This document shows positions 26,301-45,400 of a stretch of 64,000 nucleotides of DNA, one piece after another. Position 1 is the stretch's first letter, and every line of letters begins with the position of its first letter. The position numbers were made by a program, and so were the translations under genes. The stretch comes from Lingula anatina (taxonomy: Eukaryota > Animalia > Brachiopoda). A model generated the notes under the pieces. That model saw only the letters and a program-made list of their open reading frames with translations, did not search any database and was not told the origin of the DNA. The stretch spans positions 56,212,788 through 56,276,787 of the forward strand of contig CM120640.1 in the NCBI GenBank assembly GCA_051362555.1, read 5' to 3'.

Positions 26301-29300
26301 CACTAGATTACTGTTAGATAATCCGGCTTAAATGTCCGTCCCGCCTACTACAAGCTGTAAGGGGGTAATTAACTTTCGTGTCCGCCCGGCTGACAGCTAC
26401 CAGGGAGTGAACCCCCAGGGAGTTAGGTCGATCTAAAGTAGATCGATCTAATCTCTGGAAATGGGGTCTTAGACTGCATTCAGATCCACATGTCATACAA
26501 GCTGGGTTGGTCCAACTCTGTGGAGAACACTTGTTAAGTACAATCACTGGAATCAGCTTAATTGTCAGGCATGCCTCCTTGAACAGCTAGGGGTGATTAA
26601 TCATTGTGTGCTGTTTAGGGTGATTCCATTATTTGCACTTTAGGGAGATTCCCCTACAGAGGTGGACCGACCCAGCTAGTACAATGTGTGAATCTGAATG
26701 CACCCTAAGGCTCTTTTGTACTTTAAATCATAGTGAAGTCCTAAAGCTCTTTTGTACTTTAAATCATAGTGGCCTAGGTATGGAAAAGAGCTACGAAAAC
26801 ATTACTTTGCTTGTGTGATGATGTTAATGCTGCACAGTTTATCAACACACCTCTCAAACAATATTCACTATAACAACATATGTTTAATTTTGGTAGAAAC
26901 ATTGGGGAACTGTGTAAATCATCTGTTCAATATTTGTAGCAGTAATGTAATACTGATTTATAAATGAAATCACTACATTTGACAGCTTTGCTATCTTTTT
27001 CGACTTTCTCATTCCATAAAATTATGGTTGCAACTCATCAATTTGGGGGGTTGCAAATGGTTAAGGGCTTTGGTTTAAAAGTATGACTAATCACATTGAT
27101 GTTATCAAGAAAGTTCATGTGGTGTACCCATTTTGCTGTTTCTTTCATTTCAAGCATTTCACTTTGGTGTGCTCTTTTCATGAGAAGCTTATCAGAGACT
27201 TTTGTAAGCCTTTGCCAGAAAAGTGTGCTGTTGGCTGACTGATAATTCTTTGTATTAATGTGAACCTCCCTAGTTCTACTTTGACAGCTATATTACTTCT
27301 GTTGTATTGCACTCCATTTTGACCTAAGGGAATATCATGGTGGGAAATTAAGTTCAGACTTACAGAAAATATTACTTGACAAAAGTTATCATTGATTAAT
27401 GGTCATCTCCTGGCATGTGATCTCACCTGACCAACAATAAGATATATTGTGTGAAGATGTTCTGACAAAGTGACAGATCAAGGGATATATCAGAAGGAGG
27501 ATGTACTCACTTAAAAACAGAAAAAAGGGGCTAACATAAGAATATATATCTTTAAAAAGTCAAAAGTTGGATATAGATTTTTTTGTGGAATGGTACAATA
27601 TATAGAGATCATAGGAAGCTATGAGCTATAAACTGTCTGTTCGACTGTAAAATTTCAGATTATTTCTAGTTACTGCTCAAAAATTGAAAGTCCGCTGATG
27701 TTGCAGCTGCATAAGTGTGTTGAATAACACAAGTCTCCTGGCTTTATGAATGGGAAGATGTATGGTATAATGCCATTGCAATATGAGAGTGATAATTGGA
27801 GACACCGACCATTAGGAAATTAGTGCAATCTGGTCAGTTATTAGTGACCATCATTGTTTAGGTGGAACTGCCAATGAAATATTCATGCCTAAATGGATTA
27901 AAATTGTTATTGCATGTGAACTGAGTAGACAATAGCTTGGCTGTTGTCGAATAGCATTTCTCAATTCTTAATTAATTCTCCAGCCTGACTAAGTATGCTG
28001 CTGTCATCTCCTGCACATTAATATATCAGGGCTTGTTATCTTCAATTATTCATAGGAAAACTGTTGTTATTCTGAAGAAGACCAAAGAACACTGAGCAGG
28101 CAAGACGCATTGGTGCTGATCATCGCCTGCTCCAGTCTTTATGTTTACTCTGTACTGGGTTCTATTTTTGGCAGCTGTAGGCACATGTGAATGCTATCTG
28201 CTTGCAAGTTCAGAGTAGGATTGCCTTTTCAAGCTGAGGAAGTTATGAAAGAAATGCTCAGAGCCAATCATCCTCATGACCTTTAATTGTCTATGAGAAG
28301 CTTTTTCATAGGAGAGGGTTTTGTTGAAAGTCTGTCAGACAAGTTAAATTTTCATTTCAAATGATTAAATGAGGTATTTTACTCTAATTTTCCACCTGTG
28401 GGGTTGATGTGTGGATCACAATGATTCAGTGCGCTGTAAGACAACTTTATTTGGTAAGTATTGAATGAGGTTTTTGTCTTAAAATGAACTCCTGCAGTAT
28501 AATAACTCAATGCCCGTCTTTGTACAAAAATCAGTTTTTGTACTTTGTTTTATACTTTTGCTGTTACCATTGATAGCTTTAGGTAAGACAAAGTAAACAA
28601 AGAGAGTGTGGAACATATCATAGGATCTTATTTTTAATAAGCTGGATTCTTTTATCAGTACATTCTGCATAAAGAGTAGGTGAGTCATGAATGGAGAAGA
28701 AGAGTTTTGATGGGGATCCCAGTTGTGCAGTTGAATGTTAGCTTGATAATTTGTAGGGTTAAGTTCCATGGTATGTTTTCAAATGGCATGTAACCAAAGC
28801 AAATTATTAATGGAATGAACACATGGTGCTGTGACGTAAATGCCCTTCCAGCATCAATAATTTCAGAGCTTTCAAAAGTAAAAAAATGGTAAAGCGATCT
28901 TAGATTGGTTATCTTTATGCCAAAGATAACTGTTTTTAATAATATAAACTGGCCTCTCTGAGGTTATGTTAATTCCTGACACAAATCCCTGGTAGCAAAA
29001 TTTTTGATCCAAAAATTGATATTTTGCAAAGAATATGAAGTTTTTTTGCATCTTCTTTGAACATTTTGAAAATGAATGGCATTTAGCTGAATTTACTATG
29101 CCAGACTTCTCTAAAATTAAACACATCAAGTTTTATATTTTATAATCACCACACTTGTGTTTTCATTAGTGAGAGATGGCAAAGAATTTTGTCCAGTCTG
29201 GTCAGTGGAAAGCAATGCTTCACTTGCTGAGGATCTACATACAAGTGAATGGTTTATTTGGAAATGAGCCTGAAATTTATGCTGAAACATTGACTAGCTC

Positions 29301-30392
29301 ACCATTAAATCATACTGAAGACTACCCTATAGTTGCAAGACTTGGCATTCGTTAATCACCTTTTTGAGTAGCCAAGATTTGGGGTTCATGAATGAAATGC
29401 TTAAAACATATTTTACTTTGATTAAAGTGAATGAAAAATATTGTACTGCTTCTTGCTGATTCAGTAAATAGTTACGTTGATAGTTGGATAATATGATATA
29501 GTTATTTGGAGAAAAGACATTTGATGCTGAAACTAGCCCTGGAATGATATTTAAATATACTGGGTAGCTTTAACTCTTCAGGTTTAAATCTGTGAAAGGT
29601 AATTATGCAGTGCTTTTGTTCTCTGACAAATTGTGACACCATTGCAAAAGGTTTATATGGAAAAAGTTATAAAATCAGTTTTAGTGGATTACATTTATTT
29701 TTTGTCATTTATGGCTTAATTTGCCTCTAGATGTTCACACAGGTATTTTCACCAATCATATAAAACTTATGGTAACTTAGGGGTCTATATACTCAATATA
29801 ACGTTTTCCTCATTCTGTTAACAGTTAAATAGAGCCCCCATTCTTGTTTCTAATAAGCCCCAGGCTTCTTTTACCTGTTCACCAGATGGTGGTGTACCAG
29901 AACCAGCTGTTACCTGCTGAGCATACCATCTAGCTAATCAGAAAGGCCAGTATTTCCTCATTACTTGAAGGGCAAAATCAGTTTCTGGGACCTAGCAATT
30001 AATGAAATGATCATTTCTAGTGATTTGCAGTCATTTTCTGTGGATTTTAATCACTCCAGAGGTTTAACAAAAGAAGCAAGGGTTATCAATCGTCTGTTGA
30101 CATCATTGTAATATAGCATTGCAGCTTAGATATATTGTTGTTTAGCACATTCTGCAGAATATGAATTAACCAGTACTGCACTTGTAAAGCAGTTTTTTCA
30201 AGTAAAATTCCAGATTTTTAAAAAATGAAAAAAGAAGACATTATTTATCGTTTTACTGTGAAATAAAATTGGGGTGCATTTCACATTCACATGAATCATC
30301 ATTTGTAGATAAGGTCACTTTGTAGTATAGTTCTCTTCAATCAGCTCCCTCTGCTGAATGTTTCATCCTTCATATCCCGCAAAGAAAAAAAA

Positions 30393-30424
<32 letters not shown>

Positions 30425-33209
30425 TTGGAAAAAAATAAGTAATGAACTTTTGCGCAACTTCAACTTCCTGGATCGGAGAATTGAAAGTGGCAAAAAATTT
30501 ATAGCAGAGGAAGAGAGGATAAAACTCTGAAAACTGTAAATTGACCCATAATTTTTATTACACTGTATGATCTATCACTGAATGTGATTCTATCTACAGT
30601 CTTTTTTTCTTTTCAGAGTGAGAAAAGCAATGTACTGGCAGAGTTCATTCAAAGAAATGGAGTACCCCACGACCATTGTCTAACATGCCTAAACAGACAT
30701 TGCAGAGTTCAAGATGACACTGCCAACAGTTGTCCCATGATGCATTGCAAGGAAGGGTGTGGTGCCCACTTTCATTCCTGCAAACTTGTGGAACATATAC
30801 TTTTGTGTCCAAATGAAAAAGTGCCTTGTATAAACTATGAAAATGGCTGTCCAATTATTATGCCTCGTTATAAACTTGGTTCACACTTGGAAACCTGTCC
30901 AGCTAGTGTGATATACTGCACTATGGAGTGGAATAGGTGGCCACTGTATTCTAAGGAAAAGCAAGCTCCTGTGACTGCTGCCAAGTACAGTATCCATGCT
31001 AAGTATGGACAACTGGATGTTGCTCTTGCTTTACGTGATCAGCGGATACTTAATGAATCTATGAAAGTTTCCAAGAAAACCAGAAGAGTCTTACGTAATA
31101 ATCTCACCCGTAGATTTCCAGCTGTCCCCTTGAAACCACGCAACAGTACATATGAATCCTCTGAACAACAGACAAATGAGACATCACAGACAATATCTGA
31201 TGATGATTGTGAGGCTCCGTGGGAGGTCGCCAAGAACCCCCCTGGCCTGCAGAGCAGTGTATTCAGTGAGTTGTACAAGGCAACAAGACAAACTACAGAG
31301 TCTCTTTCTGCTGCCCTGGATGTGGTGTCAACCAGTTATAGTAATGAGAGCCCTCATGTATCCAGCCCAGCACATGACACAGAAAAAGACACTTCTACCA
31401 GTTCAAGTGAAGATGAAGAAGAAGTAGAAACTGTACCACATGATGGACTGTGTAGATTTCAGTATCCAGATATCACACTTGTCAAGTGTGCTCTTTGTAA
31501 AACACACCACCATGTGCCTTTCTCTGAAGCAGGGGAATCATTGCACAGAGCAGAGGCAAGTGAAACAACTGATGAGGTCACCACAATGGATTCTGCTGAG
31601 AAAAACACAAAAATACAGAAAGCAATAGAGGGTAAGATTCATGTTGAAAGGAGCAAAAATCTAGGCCAAGAAGATGGCTTTGTCTTGGTGCCAGTCCAAA
31701 ATTCAAAAGAGAAACCTATGCAGTCACCTCTCAGCCCTTCTCCAGTGCCAGTTACACTGAATAATATACTCAACTTAGATCTGACACTAGAGCAAATAAC
31801 AAGGTACCAGCAAAAGCCCAAGTCCATGTACACTTTCTTGTGTGCACAAGAATTTCGGAGAGATGAATACTTGTGGCACTTTAAAAATGTCCATGGAGAC
31901 ATCCATGCCAACCTGAATGGATGGATAGAACAGAGGTGTCCACTGGCACATTATGGCTGCCCATACTCAGTGAGAAGGTTTCATCCACAACATGAAGGAA
32001 TGACTGTTATACACAACAGCACTGTAGAAAGTTTTGGACTAAAACCCGAAATCCCAATAGAGACCTATCAAAAATTCAATGAAAATGTTGATGGCTTTGA
32101 GAACATGGAGGTAGATATGGGTAAACAGGAAGAGGATAATGGACTTCAGCAAGGGGTACGGGAGTCCACACCAGAAGTTATGACATCCTGGGATTATAAC
32201 TCTGCAGTTACGATAAGCAATCAGTCTACAAGTCAAGAAGCATGCTCCACTAATACAGGTCCACCCAGAGACATGCTGACTAGTCTTCCATTCGAGATAC
32301 TGTTGGACATTGGAAGATGTCTGGACTCTTTTAGCCTGTGTAATTTGGCGCTAACTTGCTGTACCCTTCGTGAGGTATGCTGTAACTTGGTGGAAGAACG
32401 TGGTATTGTCATCCAGCAATGGGAGAAAAAGAGGGTAGATGGCAAGGCGACTTGGCGGGTGGCTTACAAGGTTTGTGAGGGGTGCCATATGAGGCATAAT
32501 CAAGCTTAATTTTTGTTTTATACATTTCTGTAAATATTTTATTAATTTTTATTTTTACTGTCATTTTTTTTTTAGAAATATGACAAATGAAATGATTTTT
32601 AATGGTCAGTTTCCGAAAAATGTACACATTATTCCAGTATCTTCTTAGAGAGTGATTCTTTTTTAAATTCACTGTATGCAGCTAATGTTGATTTTCCAAA
32701 TGATCAAATTTTATTTGTTGGTTGCTGTCATTTTACCATAGCTCAGTTCAAATATAATATGTTCAGCATTATTGTTCACCTTGATATTAACATGTGAATA
32801 TAAGTTGTTACTTTTTTGACGTGATTTTATATTGTTTTAGTTCACTTTGACAATAACATGCAAATTCAATTGATTATTATTTTGTTGCGACTGTTGTGTT
32901 CACGCTCTGCAATTTTTTCTATTACAGAAATGGTGCTTTAGCACAGCATTCAGTCCAGTGACCCACTGGGGTTTCAAAAGCAACCCACACATGGCCAACC
33001 ACATCAGCAAGTGTCCTTACTATGTGAAATGTGTCAAGACTCAGCCCATACTGCTACCAAGCATGCCTGCTAATTCAATATTGGAGGACAGGTTAAAGGA
33101 GAGCATAAACAATCCAAACCTGCATGTGGCTGGGGGTGAAATTGTTGAGCTTCAACAAGCAGAGGAACAAGAAAACACTATAAAACATAAACCATATTCT
33201 GATTTTTGA
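20317..33209 (+). CDS. FBXO30: F-box protein 30/40 family (TRAF-type zinc fingers + F-box)
   Basis: Proposed exon 1 20317-20334 (MTEEYC|GTAAGT, phase 0), large exon 30617-32470 ([41 protein letters not shown]; [35 protein letters not shown]; F-box [12 protein letters not shown]), last exon 32928-33209 ([16 protein letters not shown]). Exon 1 is less certain; likely co-orthologue of FBXO30 and FBXO40. Confidence 0.88.
20521..20988. mobile_element. Fold-back MITE with 9-bp TSD (Mutator-like)
   Basis: Near-palindromic over its full length (GGTGTGACTGAAATGCGCA ... TGCGCATTTCAGTTACACC); flanked by direct repeat GATGTAAAC at 20512-20520 and 20989-20997. Confidence 0.85.
21450..21890 (-). mobile_element. 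5'-truncated RTE-clade LINE, 3' end of ORF, interrupted by a MITE
   Basis: Minus-strand translation after removing the MITE: [65 protein letters not shown], typical of an RTE C-terminus. Confidence 0.8.
21588..21761. mobile_element. MITE with 8-bp TSD and 16-bp subterminal repeats, nested in the RTE fragment
   Basis: TIR GGGG(C/G)CGT..CGATAGTCCGAAGGTTCA; repeats of GTCCGAAGGTTCA; TSD GTCTTAGG at 21580-21587 and 21762-21769. Confidence 0.85.
21895..22392. repeat. GC-rich GCAGTC-motif repeat with about 120-bp units and internal palindromes; probable end of a non-autonomous DNA transposon
   Basis: Starts CCCAGCTA; many GGCAGTC/GACTGCC motifs; unit GGCAGTCTTAATTTG..GCTGCCAGGGGGACTGCCAGGGCAGTC occurs three times. 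Confidence 0.65.
22947..23182 (+). mobile_element. Short degenerate HINE
   Basis: 5' hairpin AATCTCC-ACCAA-GGAGGTT, (GTTT)n tract, 3' CCTTTGTGGAGGT subTIR followed by GCTCTCTAAGTGC and CTAGTT end. Confidence 0.65.
24437..25123 (-). mobile_element. Non-autonomous PIF/Harbinger element, copy 1
   Basis: Perfect TIR GGGCCGGTTTCACAAAGCAGTAGTTAGTTAG, 3-bp TSD CAG; internal remnant resembling a Harbinger transposase N-terminus. Confidence 0.9.
25411..26098 (-). mobile_element. Non-autonomous PIF/Harbinger element, copy 2
   Basis: Same TIRs, its own CAG TSD, nearly identical to copy 1; ORF 25621-25917 ([22 protein letters not shown]) resembles a Harbinger transposase N-terminus. Confidence 0.9.
26252..26488. 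mobile_element. Harbinger-like MITE (same family as 468-694, inverted)
   Basis: TTTAGATCGATCTA motifs at both ends; colinear inverted match to 468-694; TTA at the flanks. Confidence 0.75.
26491..26706. mobile_element. MITE with about 50-bp imperfect TIRs abutting the previous MITE
   Basis: AGACTGCATTCAGATCCACA..AGCTGGGTTGGTCCA versus TGGACCGACCCAGCTAG..TGTGAATCTGAATGCACCCT. Confidence 0.75.
30394..30423 (+). repeat. Poly-G tract (about 30 nt)
   Basis: Direct reading; a second tract lies at 63187-63211. Confidence 0.9.
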
Positions 33210-35029
33210 GTAGTAATCAGATGTAATTTAATTAGAATTTTGGATTATTGTAGGCTTTTAATAATTCATTTGTAGAGATCAAGCAAAAGAAACAGAATTT
33301 ATTATTCTGTGATTGAAAAATTAGGACTGTTCTGATGGTCTTCATTGTTCATCAATGCAAAAATATATATTTGAATTGGTCTTCCTTTTTTGTAAAAGCC
33401 TATTTTTCAGTTTACAAACTGAGTGTCAGCGAGATAGAGCATTTGCTTTTTTCATTTACAAAAAGGAAAAAAAGAGTTCTTAAAAACTGCCAAACAGTAT
33501 ATTTTTAAGAATTACATTTTCATGCTTCCCATACAGCAGAACCATGCCATCCTCCATCAAAAGATCTTAACATTATCAGAAAAAGTCTCTAATTTTCAAA
33601 ATGAGTGCAATTTTGTTCATTCAGGTCATCTCCAACATCGACTATAATATATATATATATATACATACATATACATATGAGACATCTACCTTTAGACCTT
33701 TCATGTACAAGTAAGGAATAGGTACAATGAAAATTTACCAACTGCTTAAGTATTTTTTCACATACTTTTACTAAACAGGAATGTGCAATTTATTTGTGAG
33801 TCTTAGACACAAGACACTGAAGTTTATACTATGTAAACTGTAATATGTGATATATGCATTCTACCCAGTTAAATGAGAAAAGGTTATTGGATAGAAATTA
33901 TATGCATTTTAAATGGAAGAATATACATGGTGGTCACACCAAAGCTTGAATATTATCCACACATTACTTTTCGTGCCTTTTTGTTGTCAGCCAGTTCTTC
34001 ATATTGGGCTCAGACACTAGAAACTAGTTTAGGATCTTGATATAGTCAGGGGTTTTTTTATTATCAACCATTATTCAGCATGACTTTCTCCTTTGTTTTT
34101 ACAATAAAAAATCTTTCAAGACATCTTTAAAGACATTTTATTTTTCACACTGCAGCTTTATATGGAAACAAACTGCTATGCTTACTTCACACAGTGCACA
34201 GCAGGCCCTTGTAAACTGTGGGGAAATAGGGGCCAGTTAGAAAAAAATAGAACCAAAGGCCCCCTATTCCTCATAATTCAAGAGGAACTGGGCTCTGTAT
34301 GTTTTGTTATTAAGATTGTTCATCTAGGTTTGAAAGAATGATGGCTTACATACTATACGTGTATCAGCCAAGTCTGCTGACATAGTTGGGCCCATGGATG
34401 CAGTCATGTTTACAATATGTCTGCATACGTTTCTCATGAACATACTGTATTCACAAAGAAAATAATCATAAAATATATCAAAATTAAATAATAGTTTATC
34501 GTCATCTGACCTCTAAACAATCCCCTCATCTAGATATACTGGGATTTCGATTTACAATGGGTTTATTTGCAGTAGGTGTCCTGGTATAAATTAATAAAAC
34601 CAAAATTATCCAGATTTTTTTAATGTAAGGAAAAAGGCCATTCATGCCCGCCAGCTTTTGTATTGACCAACATTTTTACTGTGACTTAGAAACAAAATTC
34701 CTAGATTTCATTTTTGTTTGTACATACCTGTAAGCAAGAGCAAAACAAAAGATTTACAAAAAATACAATGCTTGGGATAATTAAATCGCTTTTGGTTTCT
34801 AAGCCCACCATTAATTCCTGAAACAGTAAACAGAGTTACACATGTATCATTCGGATGATTCTATTTTTTCAGACCTGTGAGTGTGCATGAAGCAAAACGG
34901 CAACAGTTTTAGTTATTGCGACAATTAGGTGTACACAAACAATTTTAATCACGATGCAGCTTGGCGAAAAAAGAAAAGGTGTTAAAACTAATTTTTCCAT
35001 GAATAACTGTGAAAACACATCATTTTTCT

Positions 35030-35100
35030 AATGCCGTGTTCCGCGCACGCTGACCGGAAGTTTGATAAATGCTGCGCTACGTGGTGCGCAAAAGCATGAA
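35030..35100 (+). promoter_or_regulatory. ELP3 proximal promoter (CpG cluster with ETS site)
   Basis: ACCGGAAGT at about 35053-35061 within a CpG-rich patch 150 bp upstream of the ATG. Confidence 0.45.
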
Positions 35101-35207
35101 TTGAGTTTATGATCACTTGAAAAATTTCATGTGTTTATGTCTTCGTAGATACCTGACATGAACATGTGGCATTAATTAACTTCGCTATATTAGCAACAAA
35201 TATCAGC

Positions 35208-41311
<6,104 letters not shown>

Positions 41312-42432
41312 GGCAGTATTGACTTTAAGATGTTAAGGCACCTTACTGTGGAAGGGATTGTGGACACTCAACATTATACTACAGAGACCATATGAAATTT
41401 AATTTATCGAGATATCACATGCCACTGGAGTTAACTGTATACTGGAAGAATATAGTAAATCTTTAATCATGAAGACATGCAGGATACGTAATAATAGCTA
41501 TGGAAGTGTGTTTAAAATGTGCTGTTTTTCACTGTATGATGGCAACTTTGTAAATTAGAAATTAATTTATGGACAGCAAAGTTCTTGGCATTATGCATTG
41601 AGAGAGCAAACATTCACTGTATGTGTGTAACAAGGTGATACAACAAAGGAAACCATTCATAATAATAAAAGCATCCCATTTTATTCTCACCATGTGCTGA
41701 ACTTGAATATAATGTTCAACCATCCAAAACACCACTTGTACCCTGAAAAAGCCCCTTGTATTAACACCCAAGTCTTATTCCATACTAATAGCCAAAATTT
41801 AATAAAATATTCCAAATAAAAAATACATCCAAAGTGAATCAAAAAGTAAACAAAAAACAACTGAATTGTTAGAGGTGCCTTTCTTTTAAGGGTACTTCAT
41901 ACTAAGACCAAGCTTTGGTAACAAAATATCACATGATTTTACAACACCCTGCAGCGCTTTTTATGTACAGCTAAGGTTAAACAGCACAGAAAACATCTTC
42001 CAACAATGTCAATACTGTCATCTATACAGAGGCAATGCTGCATTCTGAAAAAATATCGAAATGTCCACTACATTAACAACTAAACATTTAAGTATGTTTT
42101 GACCTTTTATATAAACTAAAATAATTCACCTAGTAGTCCAAATTTAAACCAAGACATCTTTGTTCCATAAAAGTCCAAGCAATCCCACTGAGTAAGCAAA
42201 TATACATTTACTTGTCAAATTTCACAATCTGCAGTATATTTTAAGAGAAATCTTAAATGATATGAAATATCATCATTAAATATTCATATAATACAAAATA
42301 TACACCATCCATGTTCATGCTTACAGTCTCCCAGTCAAGAAGGTAATTTGCAGTCTTAGGCATCCAACAAAAATCTTGACAGATTCTACTGTTATTCATA
42401 AGTTGCTAGATTTTCCTTCTGTTTTGCTGATA

Positions 42433-45400
42433 TTAATCTATCTTAATGGCTCCGTAAATTTTCCTCACAAAAAAGTAAGTGGCATAGAAGCCAACTGTGC
42501 CCGTCAGCAACCAGAATGTGAATACCATGATGATGGTATAACCAAAGTACAGCAGAGTGGGAATGAATGCAGTGATTTCAAGCTGAAATAATATTCATAT
42601 CATAATTATATGCAGAGCAAAAACATAAAATGTATCAAGTCAACATTATAATAATGATGCTTAATGAGACTTTGCACCCAACTGTGCTTATTATTATTAT
42701 TATTATATTATATTAATTGTAAGATGGAAATGGACAACAGCATTCCACTAACTACACTGTGAAGGCATGTATTATATCAAGAATGTATTGATAATATACG
42801 TAGCAACCTGATACAGAACTAACCTTTTAGGCAAAGTGGTATACAACATATGCTTGTATTGGGCCTGCCTCAATAACAGCATAGATTATCTAAATATAGG
42901 ACTTACCTTGGTAACAAAGTAGTGCATAGAGTATCCTGATGTATGACTTTACTTAGTGACAAAGTAGAATATAGAGCATCCAAAAACAAACTTAGTGGCA
43001 TAGTGAAATGTTAAACGTCCAAAACTGTGACTTACCTTTTGTTGATGAAAAGACAGAATACAGAATATCCAAAAATATGACTAACCTTAGTGACGAAGTA
43101 GAATATAGAGTAACCTAATACATAGAGAGCAGATCCTCCGGATACCAAAAATGACCGCCACCACCAGTGGTAGTCCTGGAAGCACAAAACAAAAAACACT
43201 CTTGTCAACTGGTGGATACTATTTTGTTAGCAACCCCTGGACCTCAGCACAATTTCATCTAAGCTTACAATTCTTCTTTATGTTACCTGGATATCTATGT
43301 CCTATAGAGGGGTGTGGCATACATAACAGGCCCACTACACTAAAATAGCTCAACCTGACATCTATAATATTTGCTTAAAATGCTTCATTAAATTTAAACA
43401 TAGACACCCAGCTATGTTCTGACAGTTTTACCCCCAAACTTAACAAAAGAATTGTCTTTTTCCCAACAACAAAAACTTAGTTTTAATGGGCTCAGATAAG
43501 TAAATTTCTGCCAAATACTAAAATGTTCTATTTTCACTAAGTGAAATGTGAAATATATTTGCCAAATTTTCAATACTATTGGTTCAATTTTTTACTGTTA
43601 AAAGTATCCAGCAATTTGGCTACAGGTTTTATCCTGCAGTTAGCTGAGTTAAGTCAATTTAGTAGTAGCTGCTACTTTAAGATGAAGCTTGAAAAGCTAC
43701 TATATTACAGAATGCTGTTGCAACACTCTGTGTTTAAACATTAATTCATCTTTCAATCAACATACAGACATTTTTCGTATGAATATAAAAATACAACTTC
43801 TTAACAATTCAGGTCCTGTTATTTTGCCTTTCATTAATAAACATGATTTATAGTTTTAAAATAATTACAGCAACATTACATCTAATGAGGTGGATATTAA
43901 GGAGGCTCTCTCATATTTCAGAAACACCATTTCTGCCCTAGTGATTTCCATAAAAATCATACAACAAAATCTACTCACCATATAAGAAAAGTATATGAAA
44001 AATATTTGGGAGGGTTGGGAGGGGGGGGGGATAATCCAGTTCATTTTCTAGAGGAAGCGTCCCAAAAATGTCAACAAGTTTGTTAACAAGTTGTAAGTGG
44101 GTATGTAACATTGTAAAAGTCCAAGCATCACTGAGCATTCTTTGCTAAATGCTAAGCTTTGTTAACATATTTGTAATTCTTCGCTAAATAACAACAAAGC
44201 TTTCATTAAAGGATGAATTTTATTGCATGATATATTTTGACCATTAGTCACTGTTGTAAAAGTACTCGAGCTAATATGAGAGAACCTCCCTAAGTGCAAT
44301 AAAACAAATTTGGGGCAATTTAATTTCAAAGAGGCATCAAATTGCACTAACCTCTGCACACAGCTGGAAATAGGTCATCACAATGGCAATTTGTGATGTA
44401 GAGATGATGAGGATAATGAAAACCAGGAAAAGAAATCCAAATAAATAATAAAACTGGTTTTCCCAGATTGCCTGAAAATAAAGAATTAATTGCTATTAAC
44501 TGCTTTAGCTAAGAATATTCTGCGTCAAAGCTAGAGAGTCAGAGAGAAGCAAATGTTACCAGTCTTCATTTTTATTTGTCACACAGGCAACAATGGTGAA
44601 TGGACGAGAAGGAGGGAGAGAATAAGAGGAATCCACATGATCTATTTCAATGCTAGAGATCTAATATACGATATCATGTCATGAGAAATATTTGATTTAT
44701 TTCACATTTAATTTTCCTGTATACCATTTTTCTAAATAAATGTGAAAATGCTACAAATGTTACTGGAATAATGCTCTTAATGTAAAAAAAGTGCTAATAT
44801 GAATTAATCACCCATACTAAAATCTTATTTTATGCTAAAAGAAATCATTTTGGTTCATATTCTTGAGGTGTCACTTACAGTGAAAATAAAGAACAACTCT
44901 ATGAACATTGCACCAAATGGTAGCAGACCAGCCATCAGTGTGCTGAAACAGAGAGAGGCGTTATAAGTGAACAATGTGATGTAACCATGACAACAAAACA
45001 TACTCATCCTGCTTCAGCCTACAGATAACAAACCACTATCCCTTTCTCCAAAATATAAATACCTATTTAAGCATCATACAATAAGAAACATTTTTTTTCA
45101 AAAGACTCAAGAAAAGGTGAATTTATCACTGATACTTTGATGTTCTAACTTCAGTTTTGCCAACCTATATTTTTAACAATGTATTGCAGATAGCAACTAA
45201 CCTGAGCAATGGATGCATGTACCACATTTGTTCAGGAACTTGCCTAGGAATTTGATTGGTACGCACAGGGTGTTCATATGGCTATGAAATAAAGAAAAAA
45301 ATAATTGTTTCTTCTGTTAATATCAATATATGTATGAAGGATCTTCTAAACAGTAGTAAACACATTTTATTTTCAAGAAAGTGTGATGTGTGAATAGAAA

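Noticed and set aside
28092-28135. Hairpin beginning AGGCAAGA (miR-31 seed-like)
   Set aside because: Stem of only about 8 bp, too short for a pre-miRNA, and the rest does not match miR-31.
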